Source: Candidatus Poribacteria bacterium
Lineage (GTDB): Bacteria; Poribacteria; WGA-4E; WGA-3G
Reading direction: 5' to 3'
Assembly (NCBI GenBank): GCA_965215265.1
Contig: OZ244048.1
Coordinates: 4,416,001-4,480,000, forward strand
DNA: 64,000 nucleotides
This document shows, one piece after another, positions 1 to 9,434 of this stretch. The first letter of the stretch is position 1, and each line of letters opens with the position of its first letter. Below the pieces are notes generated by a model, which made no database searches, was not told the origin of the DNA, and saw only the letters and a list, made by a program, of their open reading frames with translations. The translations under genes and the position numbers were made by a program.

Positions 1-802
1 CTATTAATGCAGTAAGGGTTTCAGCCGAAACGGTTTGAATATCAGACAACTCATCTATCGCATTTGTTCGCACTTTAGTGGAGTTATCACTGAGGCTTGA
101 GATCAGAGCATCGCGTATCGTATCAGTGTTTTGGCCACTGGCGCTTGCTAGTTCGCCGATGCGCCCGAGCACATCTAGGACTTCTGCGCGTTGGCTTGAG
201 GACCCCTTAGTCCGCACTGCGATTAACGCAGGCACGACAATCTCAATGGATGTAGATGATTGGATGCGGACATCATCTAGCTCTTCAAGTGCTTCGTCGC
301 GAACCTTGGCAGAGGTGTCGCCCAGTGCCTTTGCCAGGCCAATAGCAGCTGCATCCGTACTTCGCCCTGCTTTTCTCTCATGTTCTCCAATCTCACCTAA
401 CGCGTCAACAGCTTTCTCGCGGATTCGTACAGACGAATCATTGAGCATTTCAGTCAGCGCAGCGATGCCGGCACTGCCAATTTCTTCGAGGAAATCCAAA
501 AATTGGCGTTTCACTTTGTCCGATTCGTCCGCCAACGTTGGAACAATCTGTTTGAGCAGTTCTGACTGCCATTGGGCATTGAGTCCAGCTTGCTTCGCTT
601 TAAGTGCGTTGAATTCCTCACGGAGTTGTGCCAAACTTTCCTTTTCTGATTCCGCATGCACCGCATTAAATTGAGGTAATTGGCTAATTCCAAAACCGAG
701 CAGTCCCCCTATGACAATCACTATTATTGATGATGTATGTTTCGCAAACGTGCCTACCAGTCTCTTATAGGACTGATTGAACTTAAACTGTTTATGGTTC
801 AC
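1..802 (-). CDS. HEAT-repeat protein with N-terminal membrane/signal segment (runs off the left edge)
   Basis: Own translation from GTG at 802 after AGGAGG: hydrophobic IIVIVIGGLLGFGI, then HEAT-like units (ALTEMLNDSSVRIREKAVDALGEIG). Not in the ORF track because it is truncated. Confidence 0.8.
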   Translation of the reverse strand, partial: MNHKQFKFNQSYKRLVGTFAKHTSSIIVIVIGGLLGFGISQLPQFNAVHAESEKESLAQLREEFNALKAKQAGLNAQWQSELLKQIVPTLADESDKVKRQFLDFLEEIGSAGIAALTEMLNDSSVRIREKAVDALGEIGEHERKAGRSTDAAAIGLAKALGDTSAKVRDEALEELDDVRIQSSTSIEIVVPALIAVRTKGSSSQRAEVLDVLGRIGELASASGQNTDTIRDALISSLSDNSTKVRTNAIDELSDIQTVSAETLTALI

Positions 803-850
803 TTATTGTTCCCTCCTTATTGATTTTCGCATCAAGTTTTTCCAATACGT

Positions 851-902
851 CATGGTACTTTATTTTTCACGTGCTTCATGGTACTTTATTTTTCACGTGC
901 TT
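851..902. repeat. Perfect 26-bp tandem duplication CATGGTACTTTATTTTTCACGTGCTT x2
   Basis: Read directly at 851-876 and 877-902. Confidence 0.9.
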
Positions 903-1044
903 CTTCGACTTTGTCCATCTTTATCGAGGGTTTGGGGGTATGTGTCGCGAGCCGGTAAACCAAAACACCTGCAATGACGACGAGAAACACCGTGAGAAGT
1001 ATCCAATATTTTAGAAGTCTGGTGTTTGTGCGGCGAGTCTTCAT
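886..1044 (-). CDS. Small (52 aa) single-pass membrane protein
   Basis: MKTRRTNTRLLKYWILLTVFLVVIAGVLVYRL..., AAGGGG upstream, co-oriented with the HEAT gene. Confidence 0.5.
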   Translation of the reverse strand: MKTRRTNTRLLKYWILLTVFLVVIAGVLVYRLATHTPKPSIKMDKVEEAREK

Positions 1045-1408
1045 GCTCAATGCCCCTTGTATGAGATAGAACAGTGTCTATTCTATCACGGCGGCGTGGT
1101 GTCCACCAAATTGACGTAATATATTATACCCAATTCGCAAAGAATGTCAACTTTTTTGAAAAAAGGACTGCCACCGCAGCCCTCCTGATCGGCATGGGTG
1201 TGTCTGTCAGGCGAGATTTTACCAGAAACCGACACACCTTCCCTGACTTTTTCCAGATGAAACTTAAAAAATGGTGGGGAAGTGAGATTTTTCTGTGAAC
1301 GTTTCGTGTTGATTTATAGATTAATTTTTGGTAAAATACGCAGTACCCTGATACCTAACTGTGTTAAAGCAAACGAAAATTTTTAAGCGGAGGCTCAGCT
1401 ACGAAAAG

Positions 1409-1906
1409 ATGAAAACAGTTCTTATCTTGCGGCATGCGAAATCGAGTTGGAATGCTCCGGAGCTCTTTGATTATGATCGGCCGCTCAACAAGCGCGGTAA
1501 ACGAGCGGCACCCCGCATGGGGTACCATCTGCGCGAACAAGGGTTAATTCCGGACCTAATTCTGAGTTCATCGGCGAAACGTGCAAGGAAAACTGCTGCG
1601 AAGGTCGCGAAAGCTTGCGGTTACGATGGGAAACCAGAGCTACTGGATGCCTTTTATCTCGCACCGCCGGGTGTTTACTTTGAAACCTTGCAGGCACTGC
1701 CGGATACGTATCAATGCGTGATGGTAGTTGGGCATAACCCGACGATGGAAGAACTGGTTATGCACCTAACAGAGCAGATTGAACGGATGCCGACCGCGGC
1801 GCTCGCCTACGTTACGCTTCCTATAAAGCAGTGGAAAGTGCTCGATTTTGCTACAAGAGGAACCTTAGTCAACCTATGGACACCCAAAACCCTTTTTTCG
1901 GATTGA
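1409..1906 (+). CDS. sixA: Phosphohistidine phosphatase SixA family
   Basis: LRHAKSSW, DYDRPLNKRG, SSAKRA and VGHNP motifs; start taken at MKTVLIL. Confidence 0.88.
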   Translation: MKTVLILRHAKSSWNAPELFDYDRPLNKRGKRAAPRMGYHLREQGLIPDLILSSSAKRARKTAAKVAKACGYDGKPELLDAFYLAPPGVYFETLQALPDTYQCVMVVGHNPTMEELVMHLTEQIERMPTAALAYVTLPIKQWKVLDFATRGTLVNLWTPKTLFSD

Positions 1907-3246
1907 GCTGCCTATCAGTCGGATTCATGCTCTTGTGTACGTTGGCATCTGCGGAAACAGCGGTGTCTACTGCAATAGACGGTCAATTTTTACCGTGGGT
2001 AGTAGCGGATGGCGCGGGGGGCGTTATAGTAATGTGGGAGGACTATCGCACGGGTAAAGATTGGGACGTTTATGCGCAGCGCGTAGATAGCAGCGGGAGA
2101 ACACGTTGGGAGTCGGATGGGTTAGCGCTCTGCATAGCGGATAGGAACCAACGTCGGTTACGAGTGATTCGGCACGAGTCGCACGCGATCGTCCTCTGGA
2201 ATGATAGGCGTGATAGAACAAATTGGGATATCTATGCTCAGGCAGTGGAGCTTGGAGGCGAGGTGCGATGGCAAAAGGATGGCGTTCCGGTCTGTACGAA
2301 CAGTGCTGACCAGTCGACTCAAGCGATTTTGAGCGATGGCGAAGGCGGTGCTATCTGTGTGTGGGAAGATGAGCGTAGAAGTTCTGAATTCCAAGATCTC
2401 TACATTCAACGGATTAATCGGGGAGGCGAACGGATGTGGGAGAAGGATGGCATTCCGGTCTTTCCATCGGACTCGTTGCAAAGCGACCCGATTCTGGTTG
2501 CTGATGGTTTAGGCGGATTTTATATTGTGTGGTGGGATGTGATTGGGTATGATGCCTGGCACATTATGGCGCATCGGCTGCGTTTAGATGGTAGCGCGTT
2601 GTGGGATGCGCCACGTCTTATCTCACCGTCGGAGGGGATGCAGGGGGAACCGCGCGTGATAGCGGATGGTACCGGTGGCATTATTGTGCTTTGGCAGGTT
2701 TATGAGAATTTTATTAACGACGAGCTCTACGCGCAGCGGGTGTCGCCGGATGGCAGCAAGGTATGGGACGAAAACGGCATTCCTGTTTGCACTGCGCCGG
2801 GCATTCAGAAGCATGCTTCGGTTTCGAGTGATGGCGTTGGTGGGTTTATCGTTGTCTGGCGCGATGAGCGTGATGTGTACTCCGACCTGTACGTGCAGCG
2901 CGTCACTGCGGACGGGAAGGTTGTGTGGCAAAAAGACGGTGTCCCGCTCTGCACCGCCGGGGGGCATCAGGACAAGCCGTTTATTGTGCAAACTGAAGAA
3001 ACTCGCTTTTTCGTAGGATGGCTGGACTACCGGGAGGATTTTGGTGATGAGAACCGTGATGCCATATACGGGCAGCAAATTGACTTAAATGGAGAGAGGT
3101 TATGGGAGGAAAACGGGCGGGCGATCTCTGTGAGTGAAGGGAGACATTATCCGCCATTTGTGGTATCTACTGGTGACGGACATTGGGCTGTGGTTTGGAG
3201 TAATAACCGACGGGATAATGGGGATATTTATCTTGAACAGTTTTGA
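1876..3246 (+). CDS. Secreted repeat (beta-propeller-like) protein
   Basis: Signal-like N-terminus and ~7 repeats of 'DGxGGxIVxWxDxR...DIYAQRV...G...W..DGVPVC'; start uncertain. Confidence 0.8.
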   Translation: MDTQNPFFGLSCLSVGFMLLCTLASAETAVSTAIDGQFLPWVVADGAGGVIVMWEDYRTGKDWDVYAQRVDSSGRTRWESDGLALCIADRNQRRLRVIRHESHAIVLWNDRRDRTNWDIYAQAVELGGEVRWQKDGVPVCTNSADQSTQAILSDGEGGAICVWEDERRSSEFQDLYIQRINRGGERMWEKDGIPVFPSDSLQSDPILVADGLGGFYIVWWDVIGYDAWHIMAHRLRLDGSALWDAPRLISPSEGMQGEPRVIADGTGGIIVLWQVYENFINDELYAQRVSPDGSKVWDENGIPVCTAPGIQKHASVSSDGVGGFIVVWRDERDVYSDLYVQRVTADGKVVWQKDGVPLCTAGGHQDKPFIVQTEETRFFVGWLDYREDFGDENRDAIYGQQIDLNGERLWEENGRAISVSEGRHYPPFVVSTGDGHWAVVWSNNRRDNGDIYLEQF

Positions 3247-3288
3247 GCCTGCCATGGTGTTATCAGCGGGCTGCCTTATAAACTATTT

Positions 3289-5190
3289 TCAGCGTATTTC
3301 ACTCTCTGGCTGCGATTTGATTTCAATCAGGTGCGCGTCTTCTAATCCAGTGCGTACTTCCTCGTCATAACTGGTGACAATTACCTGGTGCTCTTTAGCA
3401 AGTTGTTGAATAAAGTCTACCATTAATGCTTTTCGTTGGGCATCTAAATGGAGCGTCGGGTCGTCGAAGACGAAGAATCCGGGGTTTCCTAAAACCTTAG
3501 CGAGTGCGACTTTAAAACAGAGATATAAAAACATCTTCTCGCTGCCGCTAAGGAGCATCAAGCTTCTATCTACGCCGTCGATCGTAAGCGATGGCAGGAG
3601 GTGTTGCCGCTGTAAGTCGACGCGTCCTTTGTCGAGTGAAGAGCCGAAGAGCTGCATGTTCTGAATCCATTGATGCAGCTCGAGTTCGACGGGCTCGAGG
3701 ATTTGATGCTGTAAGGTTTGTATGGTTTTGTCAATGCCATCACATGCGAGTTCAAGGCTGAGGCGTGTCTGTTGAGCTGCCGCTGCGGCCGTATTGACGC
3801 GCTGAAGTTCTTTGTGCCGGTCCAATCGGACGGCTTCTTTCTGTTTAAGCTGGTCAAGTCGTTTGCGCTCTTTGTCGATTTGTATTTTGAGTTGACTTTT
3901 GTCTACGGGACGGCCGGTTCGATTTCTGGGCTCGTCGGTTGCTTCTGCCGCGATGCCCCTTTCGCTGAGCCGTGCTTCTAATGTGGTGAGTTCGGTTTGA
4001 ATTTTGGGGATGGTTTGGGCAAGTTGTTCCGAGCGAGTTTGACGTGTGTGCAAAAGGCGTAGTCGTTGTTCAAGTACAGTTCGTGCGTTTAATTCCTCGC
4101 TCTGTTTGTCTAAAGTTTGTTCTTGTTCGTTGAGTTGTGTTTGCAATTCGGATTTTTGGGATTCTTTTTCGTCTATAATCCGTTGTACGACTTGAGGTTC
4201 GACTTTCTGGTAACAGGTTGGACAGTGTCCGCTGTTGTCTTGGAGAAGTCTGCGTAGGGTATCACAGATAGTTTGCAGGGTTGCGATGTGTGATTTGGTA
4301 CTGCCGATTTGTTGTATGAGAGCGTCGCGTTTTGCGTTGAGTCCAGTGGAGTCGTCGATGGCATTCTGAATTGTGTGTATCATCTCGCGGAGTTCGTCGC
4401 TATTGTTAAAACCACTTAGAACTTCAGTCTGCTCGTGCGCGAGGGCTGCGAGCTGTGTTTTCAACTGGTTTTGACGTTGCGTCCATTCGGCAATTAATTC
4501 GGTGTCGCTTGTGTGCGCGCCATATTCAGCTTCTAACTTTTTTATATTTTCTTCAATTTTCTGGATTTCAGCGGTGTGTGTTTGCTGTGCGCTGAATCTT
4601 AAGCTATTTTGATGTGAACGGATGCGGTTCTCTTCGCGCTTTGCGAGTCGGCGTGCGTCAATGAACCGCTCTCGGACGGCAATGAGTGTATCAATACCGA
4701 GGAGTGTATAGAGTATATCACGTCGGGTTGCGGATTGCCGTGCGAGGAATTCAAAGATTTCGCCTTCGCGTAGAAAGGCAGTCAAGGCGAGATGTTGATG
4801 TGCGAAACCGAAGCGCTTCTGCAATTCGGTTTCAACGACTGTGACGCGTTGCTCATCAAAAAGAATCTTCCAGCGAGAGTTTTGCTGCTGCTGTTCTCTT
4901 GCACGCAGCTGGATGCGTTTGGCCGTTGCGCGAAAAAGCTGGTACTGATAGCCGTTTCGGGCGAATTGGAGTCCTGCGGTTCCGGTATATGCGTTTGCAT
5001 GCTTCATCGCAGCGGCATCAATCCGTGGCACAATCGGTTTGCCTGTTAAGGTAAAAAAGATCGTATTGACAAGTGTGCTTTTGCCACTGAAGTTGGGTCC
5101 AAAAATCAAGTTAATGCCCTCAGTCAATTCAAAATCTTGTTTTCCGTGAAAGCAACCGAAATCTCTGAGGATGATCTTCTCTATGTACAT
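3289..5190 (-). CDS. SMC/SbcC(Rad50)-like ATPase
   Basis: Walker A GPNFSGKST, coiled coils with central CPTC zinc hook, LSGSE signature, Walker B FFVFDDPT. Confidence 0.88.
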   Translation of the reverse strand: MYIEKIILRDFGCFHGKQDFELTEGINLIFGPNFSGKSTLVNTIFFTLTGKPIVPRIDAAAMKHANAYTGTAGLQFARNGYQYQLFRATAKRIQLRAREQQQQNSRWKILFDEQRVTVVETELQKRFGFAHQHLALTAFLREGEIFEFLARQSATRRDILYTLLGIDTLIAVRERFIDARRLAKREENRIRSHQNSLRFSAQQTHTAEIQKIEENIKKLEAEYGAHTSDTELIAEWTQRQNQLKTQLAALAHEQTEVLSGFNNSDELREMIHTIQNAIDDSTGLNAKRDALIQQIGSTKSHIATLQTICDTLRRLLQDNSGHCPTCYQKVEPQVVQRIIDEKESQKSELQTQLNEQEQTLDKQSEELNARTVLEQRLRLLHTRQTRSEQLAQTIPKIQTELTTLEARLSERGIAAEATDEPRNRTGRPVDKSQLKIQIDKERKRLDQLKQKEAVRLDRHKELQRVNTAAAAAQQTRLSLELACDGIDKTIQTLQHQILEPVELELHQWIQNMQLFGSSLDKGRVDLQRQHLLPSLTIDGVDRSLMLLSGSEKMFLYLCFKVALAKVLGNPGFFVFDDPTLHLDAQRKALMVDFIQQLAKEHQVIVTSYDEEVRTGLEDAHLIEIKSQPESEIR

Positions 5191-5191
5191 G

Positions 5192-5398
5192 TTATATTTG
5201 CCGTTTGTTATGGATGAGGTCGTAGAGCATTTGTGCTCTGACCTTATCTTTTCCGTGTGTCAAGGTTAATTCAAAGGCATGCACAATTGTCTGAATTTCC
5301 GGGGTACCGAGGGTTTTATATTTGGGTTCGCGAAGACTGAGATTCTCAATTTCTCTTCTATAAATGTTCAGCGTTTCGTTTTCAAGCGGTGTGTCCAT
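5192..5398 (-). CDS. Hypothetical protein (68 aa)
   Basis: AAGGAG RBS before MDTPLENE; stop lies 1 nt before the SMC start. Confidence 0.65.
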   Translation of the reverse strand: MDTPLENETLNIYRREIENLSLREPKYKTLGTPEIQTIVHAFELTLTHGKDKVRAQMLYDLIHNKRQI

Positions 5399-5453
5399 AA
5401 CTGCTCCTTTGAGATCAAGATGGCCTGTTCGTCTGCTAGTGTGGCGGTGATAA

Positions 5454-6641
5454 TCAGATTTTTGCTTTAATCTGCATAAGCCGTTCCCCGGCTTCAATCA
5501 ACAGGTTATCGGCCATGCTGAACATAAACCGGAATTTGTTTTTGCCGAGTTGGGAACGACTATAGAAACTGGAGCCGGGAACGCCGCCGACACCAATCTC
5601 TTTGACAAGCCAATGTGCAAAGGCGGTGTCATCGGGGAACCCGAAGTCGGTGATATCGGTCATGATATAGTAAGCGCCTTCTGGAGGTTGACAAGCAAAA
5701 CCGGCCTTTGTAAGAGTGTTGACGAGTCTTTTTCTATTTTTGTCATATTTTTCGACGAGTTCACGATGATAAGTTGGCGGTAAATTGAGGGCGACGACCC
5801 CTGCCTGCTGGAGCGGGTGCGGTGCGCCGACTGTTAGGAAATCGTGCATTTTGCGGATGGCATTTGTCAGTTGTGCGGGTGCGACAACATAGCCTAATCG
5901 CCATCCGGTCATTGAGTATGCTTTGCTCAGGCCGGAGACGGTGATGGTCCGCACTTGCATCTGTGGTAAGGCCCCGATGCTGATATGCGGCATGTCATCG
6001 TATATCATGTGCTCGTAAATTTCGTCGGTGATGGCGAGACAGTCGTATTCACAACACAAATCGGCGATTTCCTGGAGTTCGTGTTGTGTAAAAACCTTGC
6101 CGAGCGGGTTATTGGGTGTGTTTACGATGATTGCTTTGGTGTTAGCGGTGAAGGCCTCTTGTAGTTCATCTGGTTCGTAAGTAAAGGTGCCGGTGCTATC
6201 CGTTGCAGCAGTTTCGCGTAGTGGGACATAGACCGGGGTGGCACCAGAGATAATTGTATCTGGCCCGTAGTTTTCATAAAAGGGCTCAAAGATGATGACT
6301 TCATCGCCGGGGTTAATAACAGCGAGCAGTGCAGATAGCATGCCCTCGGTTGAGCCGCAAGTAACGGTGACGTTTTTTGCGGCGTCGGTAGGGATGTGGT
6401 TTGCTGTTGTCATTTTGTGTGCGATTGCCTCGCGAAATGCGGGTGCGCCCCAGGTGATGCTATATTGGTTGTACCCATCTTGAATTGCTGCGATGGCGGC
6501 GGCTTTGACTTCATCTGGTGGTTGGTAAGCTGGTGTGCCTTGTGAGAGGTTAATTGCGTTGTACTGCAGGCAAAGCTGCGTCATACCTCGGATAACAGAT
6601 TCGGTGAAACGTGTGGATTTGTCTGACAGTTTAAATTGCAT
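5454..6641 (-). CDS. PLP-dependent aminotransferase class I/II
   Basis: INLSQG, NTPNNPLG, DEIY and SKAYSMTGWRLG motifs. Confidence 0.93.
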   Translation of the reverse strand: MQFKLSDKSTRFTESVIRGMTQLCLQYNAINLSQGTPAYQPPDEVKAAAIAAIQDGYNQYSITWGAPAFREAIAHKMTTANHIPTDAAKNVTVTCGSTEGMLSALLAVINPGDEVIIFEPFYENYGPDTIISGATPVYVPLRETAATDSTGTFTYEPDELQEAFTANTKAIIVNTPNNPLGKVFTQHELQEIADLCCEYDCLAITDEIYEHMIYDDMPHISIGALPQMQVRTITVSGLSKAYSMTGWRLGYVVAPAQLTNAIRKMHDFLTVGAPHPLQQAGVVALNLPPTYHRELVEKYDKNRKRLVNTLTKAGFACQPPEGAYYIMTDITDFGFPDDTAFAHWLVKEIGVGGVPGSSFYSRSQLGKNKFRFMFSMADNLLIEAGERLMQIKAKI

Positions 6642-6647
6642 GCGGGT

Positions 6648-7193
6648 TTAGGTTTTGTAGCTCAAAATGATGCCGTCGTCCAATGGAATATCGACAGAAC
6701 AGAGGCGTGGTGTATTGAAGACGAATTCGACGTAGTCTTGCATTTCATCGCGCATTGTGACGGTATCATCAGCGACGATTAGGCCCCCGGGTCGGATTGC
6801 CGGCAGTGCCAATTCCAGGTACCTGCGATACTCGCTTTTTTCAGCATCAAGGAAGACGAGGTCGAAGGGTCCTTGACATTTTGGGATTTCGTCGAGTGCG
6901 TTTGCGACGCGTACCTCAACAATGCTGTTTAACCTTGTATCAAGCAGATTGGTTCTTGCCAGCGCTGCGCGTGCGGCATCAAATTCAAGGGTTATCAGAT
7001 TGCCGCCTGTCTCTTTGAGCGCGGTGGCGAGCCTGATAGTGGAGTACCCGTTACTTGTTCCGACTTCAAGTACATTTTGCGCGTGGATGGCCTTGAGGAG
7101 AATGGTGAGAAATTGCCCGTTCTCTGGTGCGATATTGGTGTACTGTTTCGCTGTTTTTTCGAGTCGTTTTAATATAGATTCGTAACGTTCCAT
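6648..7193 (-). CDS. SAM-dependent O-methyltransferase (Methyltransf_3)
   Basis: VLEVGTSNGYS, FDLVFLDAEK and GGLIVADD motifs. Confidence 0.9.
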   Translation of the reverse strand: MERYESILKRLEKTAKQYTNIAPENGQFLTILLKAIHAQNVLEVGTSNGYSTIRLATALKETGGNLITLEFDAARAALARTNLLDTRLNSIVEVRVANALDEIPKCQGPFDLVFLDAEKSEYRRYLELALPAIRPGGLIVADDTVTMRDEMQDYVEFVFNTPRLCSVDIPLDDGIILSYKT

Positions 7194-7321
7194 TTTCTGT
7201 TTTTTTTGTCTGTCGCTATCGGATGTAGTGCGAGGACAGATATTCTAGCGGTCTTGTATCGCTGATGCGTTATCCGGATGGGATATACTTCGCGTTCTTC
7301 TTATCAAGGACGCTATAGTTT

Positions 7322-7346
7322 GGGCGGCACTGCGACAGTGCCGCCC
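7322..7346. terminator. GC-rich hairpin downstream of the LamG gene (terminator or REP-like)
   Basis: GGGCGGCACTG-CGA-CAGTGCCGCCC, 11-bp perfect stem; no clear U-tract on the minus strand. Confidence 0.45.
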
Positions 7347-7363
7347 TCAGCAGAATTGCTAAC

Positions 7364-8146
7364 TTAACGTAAGCGTTTAATTTGTCCCCAGGATGTGGCG
7401 AGTTTATCTTTCGGGTCAATAGCGAGGAATTCATCAGCACCCATATCCATGCTGGCTTTCACCTCATCAGCAGAGAGTGCACGATTCCAGAGCCGGACCT
7501 CATCCACCATACCGGGCCAGGCTTCCCCGGACCATGTGCCGATCTGGATGCGGCTTGTGGCTGCGGCAGGTGCGACTGGATTGTTGGAGTCCTGTGAGTG
7601 TGTGACTTCGCCATCCACGTAAATTTCAACCAACCCTTTGTTGTCGGTTGTGTGGGTGTATGCGAGATAGTACCACTTACCGGTATCCAACCCTGTTTTG
7701 TTGTCGTTAATGTCGAGGAATCCGCCGCCGCCGCCGTTTGTCCAGACCTTAATGCCGTTTGCCGGGTTCATTCCGTAGCCGAAGCCGATGTGTCTACCGC
7801 CGCCGCCCATGCGTGTGCCGAAAACGATGGCGTGTGCGCTTGGCAGCCGATCGAGATTAATCCACGCTGCTTGTGTGATTTCATCTTCGATGTGAAATGC
7901 TGCGTCGTCTTCAACTGCGACGAAATCGCTGGATGCGCCGAATTGCAGGGCTTTCCCGAACTTTCCATCCACCCACTTTGCACCGCCGTTGAGCTCGCCG
8001 GTAAATCCATTTTCGGAGAAATCTTCGGTGCGTCCGCCTTTGCCTTCATCGAGGGGCATGTATAGCACGAGTCCTTCGAGCAAGTCGGCTGTTGCATAAG
8101 TGCTAGAAGTTAAAACGAGTAACAGAACAATAAACAGATATTTCAT
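7364..8146 (-). CDS. Secreted LamG/concanavalin-like domain protein
   Basis: Signal peptide, WVDGKFGKALQF, DEVRLWNRALS, C-terminal KLATSWGQIK motif. Confidence 0.88.
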   Translation of the reverse strand: MKYLFIVLLLVLTSSTYATADLLEGLVLYMPLDEGKGGRTEDFSENGFTGELNGGAKWVDGKFGKALQFGASSDFVAVEDDAAFHIEDEITQAAWINLDRLPSAHAIVFGTRMGGGGRHIGFGYGMNPANGIKVWTNGGGGGFLDINDNKTGLDTGKWYYLAYTHTTDNKGLVEIYVDGEVTHSQDSNNPVAPAAATSRIQIGTWSGEAWPGMVDEVRLWNRALSADEVKASMDMGADEFLAIDPKDKLATSWGQIKRLR

Positions 8147-8271
8147 AATTTTCCTCCATTGAATAGTTATTATTTAACAGAATACCATAAACACTTTTCT
8201 GTGTCAAGTGTATCGTTTCGAACAAGTGCGTGGCATATAAGCGAAACGATAGCGTCGAGATTCTGCTGGGG

Positions 8272-9108
8272 TTATTGGAAGAGTTTCCAGCTTCTGCCGG
8301 GCAGATCTGCGCGGAAGCGTTCGACGTTCCCGCGGTCTGCCATTGTAACGTAACAGGTGCATCCGTCGGGACCGCCGAATGCGATGTTGGAACAGAGTTT
8401 TCCAGTTAATTGAACTTCTAGTAGTATTTCACCGTCTGGTGAAAGTTTAGCAACCGTGCCTTTACCGTGCCGTGTGACGTAAAGGTTGCCTTCAATGTCG
8501 CATCGCATTCCGTCCATATTGAAATCAGGGAATTGGATGAGCAACCTTTTGTTGCTGATGGTTCCTTTCTGGGAAAGGTCGTATGCCCAGATGTTGCGCT
8601 GCACCGATTCGTTGACATAGAGGGTTTTCTCGTCGGGGCTGACTTCAATTCCGTTTGTTGTGCCCATGTCTACTTCTAGGGGTGTGACGGTTCCGTCGGT
8701 GTCCACGCGCCAGAGCTGCCCTGTAGATTCGCCCCAGTTTGGGTCGCTGGCGTAGAGGATGTCGTTCGCGCCAATAGCGAGGTCATTGGGTTGATTCATC
8801 GTTGATTCGTGGGCATGCACGCTGATGTCGCGAGTTAACATATCCACTTTCAGCACGTTATGGTTCGTATAGTCGGCGATGAACATGGATCCTTCACTGT
8901 TGAAGCGGATACCGTTGCCGATGCTCCCGTCTGGCAGTTCGATAAAAACGGTGGCTGTGCCATCGGGTGAGACCTTTCCGATGGTGTGTTGACGTGCATA
9001 GTTGACAGCATAAAGGTTCCCGTCTACATCACAGGCAGGTCCCTCAATACCAGATGTAAATCCGTTGACAGGTGTAAATTCTTGGCTGAGGAAAAGAGTT
9101 TCGTTCAT
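8272..9108 (-). CDS. SMP-30/gluconolactonase family protein
   Basis: EGPA, PNDL, NGIEVSPDEKTLYV, DGMRCDIEGNLYV, SNIAFGG. Confidence 0.9.
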   Translation of the reverse strand: MNETLFLSQEFTPVNGFTSGIEGPACDVDGNLYAVNYARQHTIGKVSPDGTATVFIELPDGSIGNGIRFNSEGSMFIADYTNHNVLKVDMLTRDISVHAHESTMNQPNDLAIGANDILYASDPNWGESTGQLWRVDTDGTVTPLEVDMGTTNGIEVSPDEKTLYVNESVQRNIWAYDLSQKGTISNKRLLIQFPDFNMDGMRCDIEGNLYVTRHGKGTVAKLSPDGEILLEVQLTGKLCSNIAFGGPDGCTCYVTMADRGNVERFRADLPGRSWKLFQ

Positions 9109-9434
9109 TTGCGTGCCTCTTATGATTTTTTAAGTGCTGGTAGATGACAGCAGGTGTATGCTGTGCGTTTCGTGTCCATAATCCTGGCGGTTGTATTGAT
9201 ATTATAGTAGATTTTCCGATGATTTGTCCAACCTGAGCTAGGCGGTTGGTGCCCACTCCTCGCGTCGCCGTCTGTGAGCGAGGATGTCCGCTGATTTTCA
9301 GGAGTTACTATATTATTGTAGCAGATCTGAAAAATAAAAGTGAGAGCGATTTTACAATTTTGTCAGAAAAAAAAGCAAAATTTTTATACTATTTTTCGAG
9401 TCCTATGCCCGTGGCGTAGGACTCTTCTTTTGTG

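Noticed and set aside
78-674. 198-aa + strand ORF
   Set aside because: Antisense to the HEAT-repeat gene, which has an RBS and recognisable repeats
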